A stretch of 64,000 bases of DNA, taken from positions 62,001-126,000 of the forward strand of contig JANJGN010000546.1 in NCBI GenBank assembly GCA_026770705.1. The letters run 5' to 3'. Positions 63,416 to 64,000 of the stretch are shown in pieces; within the stretch, counting starts at the first letter, position 1, and each line of letters begins with the position of its first letter. The stretch is from Isurus oxyrinchus (taxonomy: Eukaryota). The notes beneath the pieces were generated by a model. That model saw only the letters and a list, made by a program, of their open reading frames with translations, was not told where the DNA came from and made no database searches. The position numbers were made by a program, and so were the translations under genes.

Positions 63416-63479
63416 CTGAAAGGCAACAAGGGAAGAGACAGGACATCAAAAAGCAGAATATTACTTCAATGGAGAGAGG

Positions 63480-63925
63480 CAGCAGAATGCGGTACAGAGG
63501 GATCTGGGTGTCCTTGTACATGAATCACAGAAAGTCAGCATTCAGGAACAGCACGGAATGATGAAGGCAAGTGGAATGTTGGCCTTTATTGCAAAAGGAT
63601 GGAGTATAAAAGGAGGGAAGTCTTGCAACAGCTGCACAGGGCGTTGGTGAGATTGTATCAGGAGCAGTGTGTACAGTTCTGGTCTCCTTACTTAGGGAGG
63701 GATAGACTCTGCATTGGAGGCAGCTCAGAGGAGGATCACTGGGCTGATTCCCGGGATGAAGGGGGTTTGTCTTATGAGGAAATGTTGAGCAGGTTGGGCC
63801 CTGTATCCATTGGAGTTTAGAAGAATGAGAGGTGATCTTATTGAAACATATAAGATTCTGAGGTGGTGGGGGGTTTGACAGGGTGGATGCTGAGGGGATG
63901 TTACCCCTTGTGGGGGAATCCTGTG
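63480..63925 (+). mobile_element. CR1 LINE 3' ORF2 fragment
   Basis: MEYKRREVLQQLHRALVR..CVQFWSPYL. Confidence 0.85.
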
Positions 63926-64000
63926 AAGCAATAAGGATGTTTTACTGCATTAAAGGTGCTATATAAATGCACTGTCATTCCTATTGAAACAAGCTCTCTG

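Overview
Vertebrate genomic DNA, most likely a shark, judged from the CR1/L2 LINEs, DeuSINE-type SINEs and TE-derived minisatellites. The window holds a rearranged cluster of Siglec/MAG/CD22-like Ig receptor genes. Gene A (minus) has a leader and a V-set exon in which the essential Arg is replaced by Thr. Gene B (minus) is a probable chimera, leader-V-C2-[dead V]-C2-TM, with an Arg inside the TM helix and no tyrosine motif, which is the activating type. Gene C (plus) is an inverted paralog with a lost start codon and a nonsense codon. There is also an orphan terminal exon with an ITIM-consensus motif, an orphan promoter, and a MAG-like V exon cut off by a Gypsy element. Hidden among repeats at 53.2-58.4 kb (minus) is a three-exon hepcidin (HAMP)-like gene. 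It has an RQKR furin site, eight Cys, an unusual N-terminus, an expanded loop and a defect at the end of exon 1. The very long ORFs in the track are artefacts of a 33-bp satellite. Exon coordinates were read by hand from splice sites; repeat boundaries are approximate.
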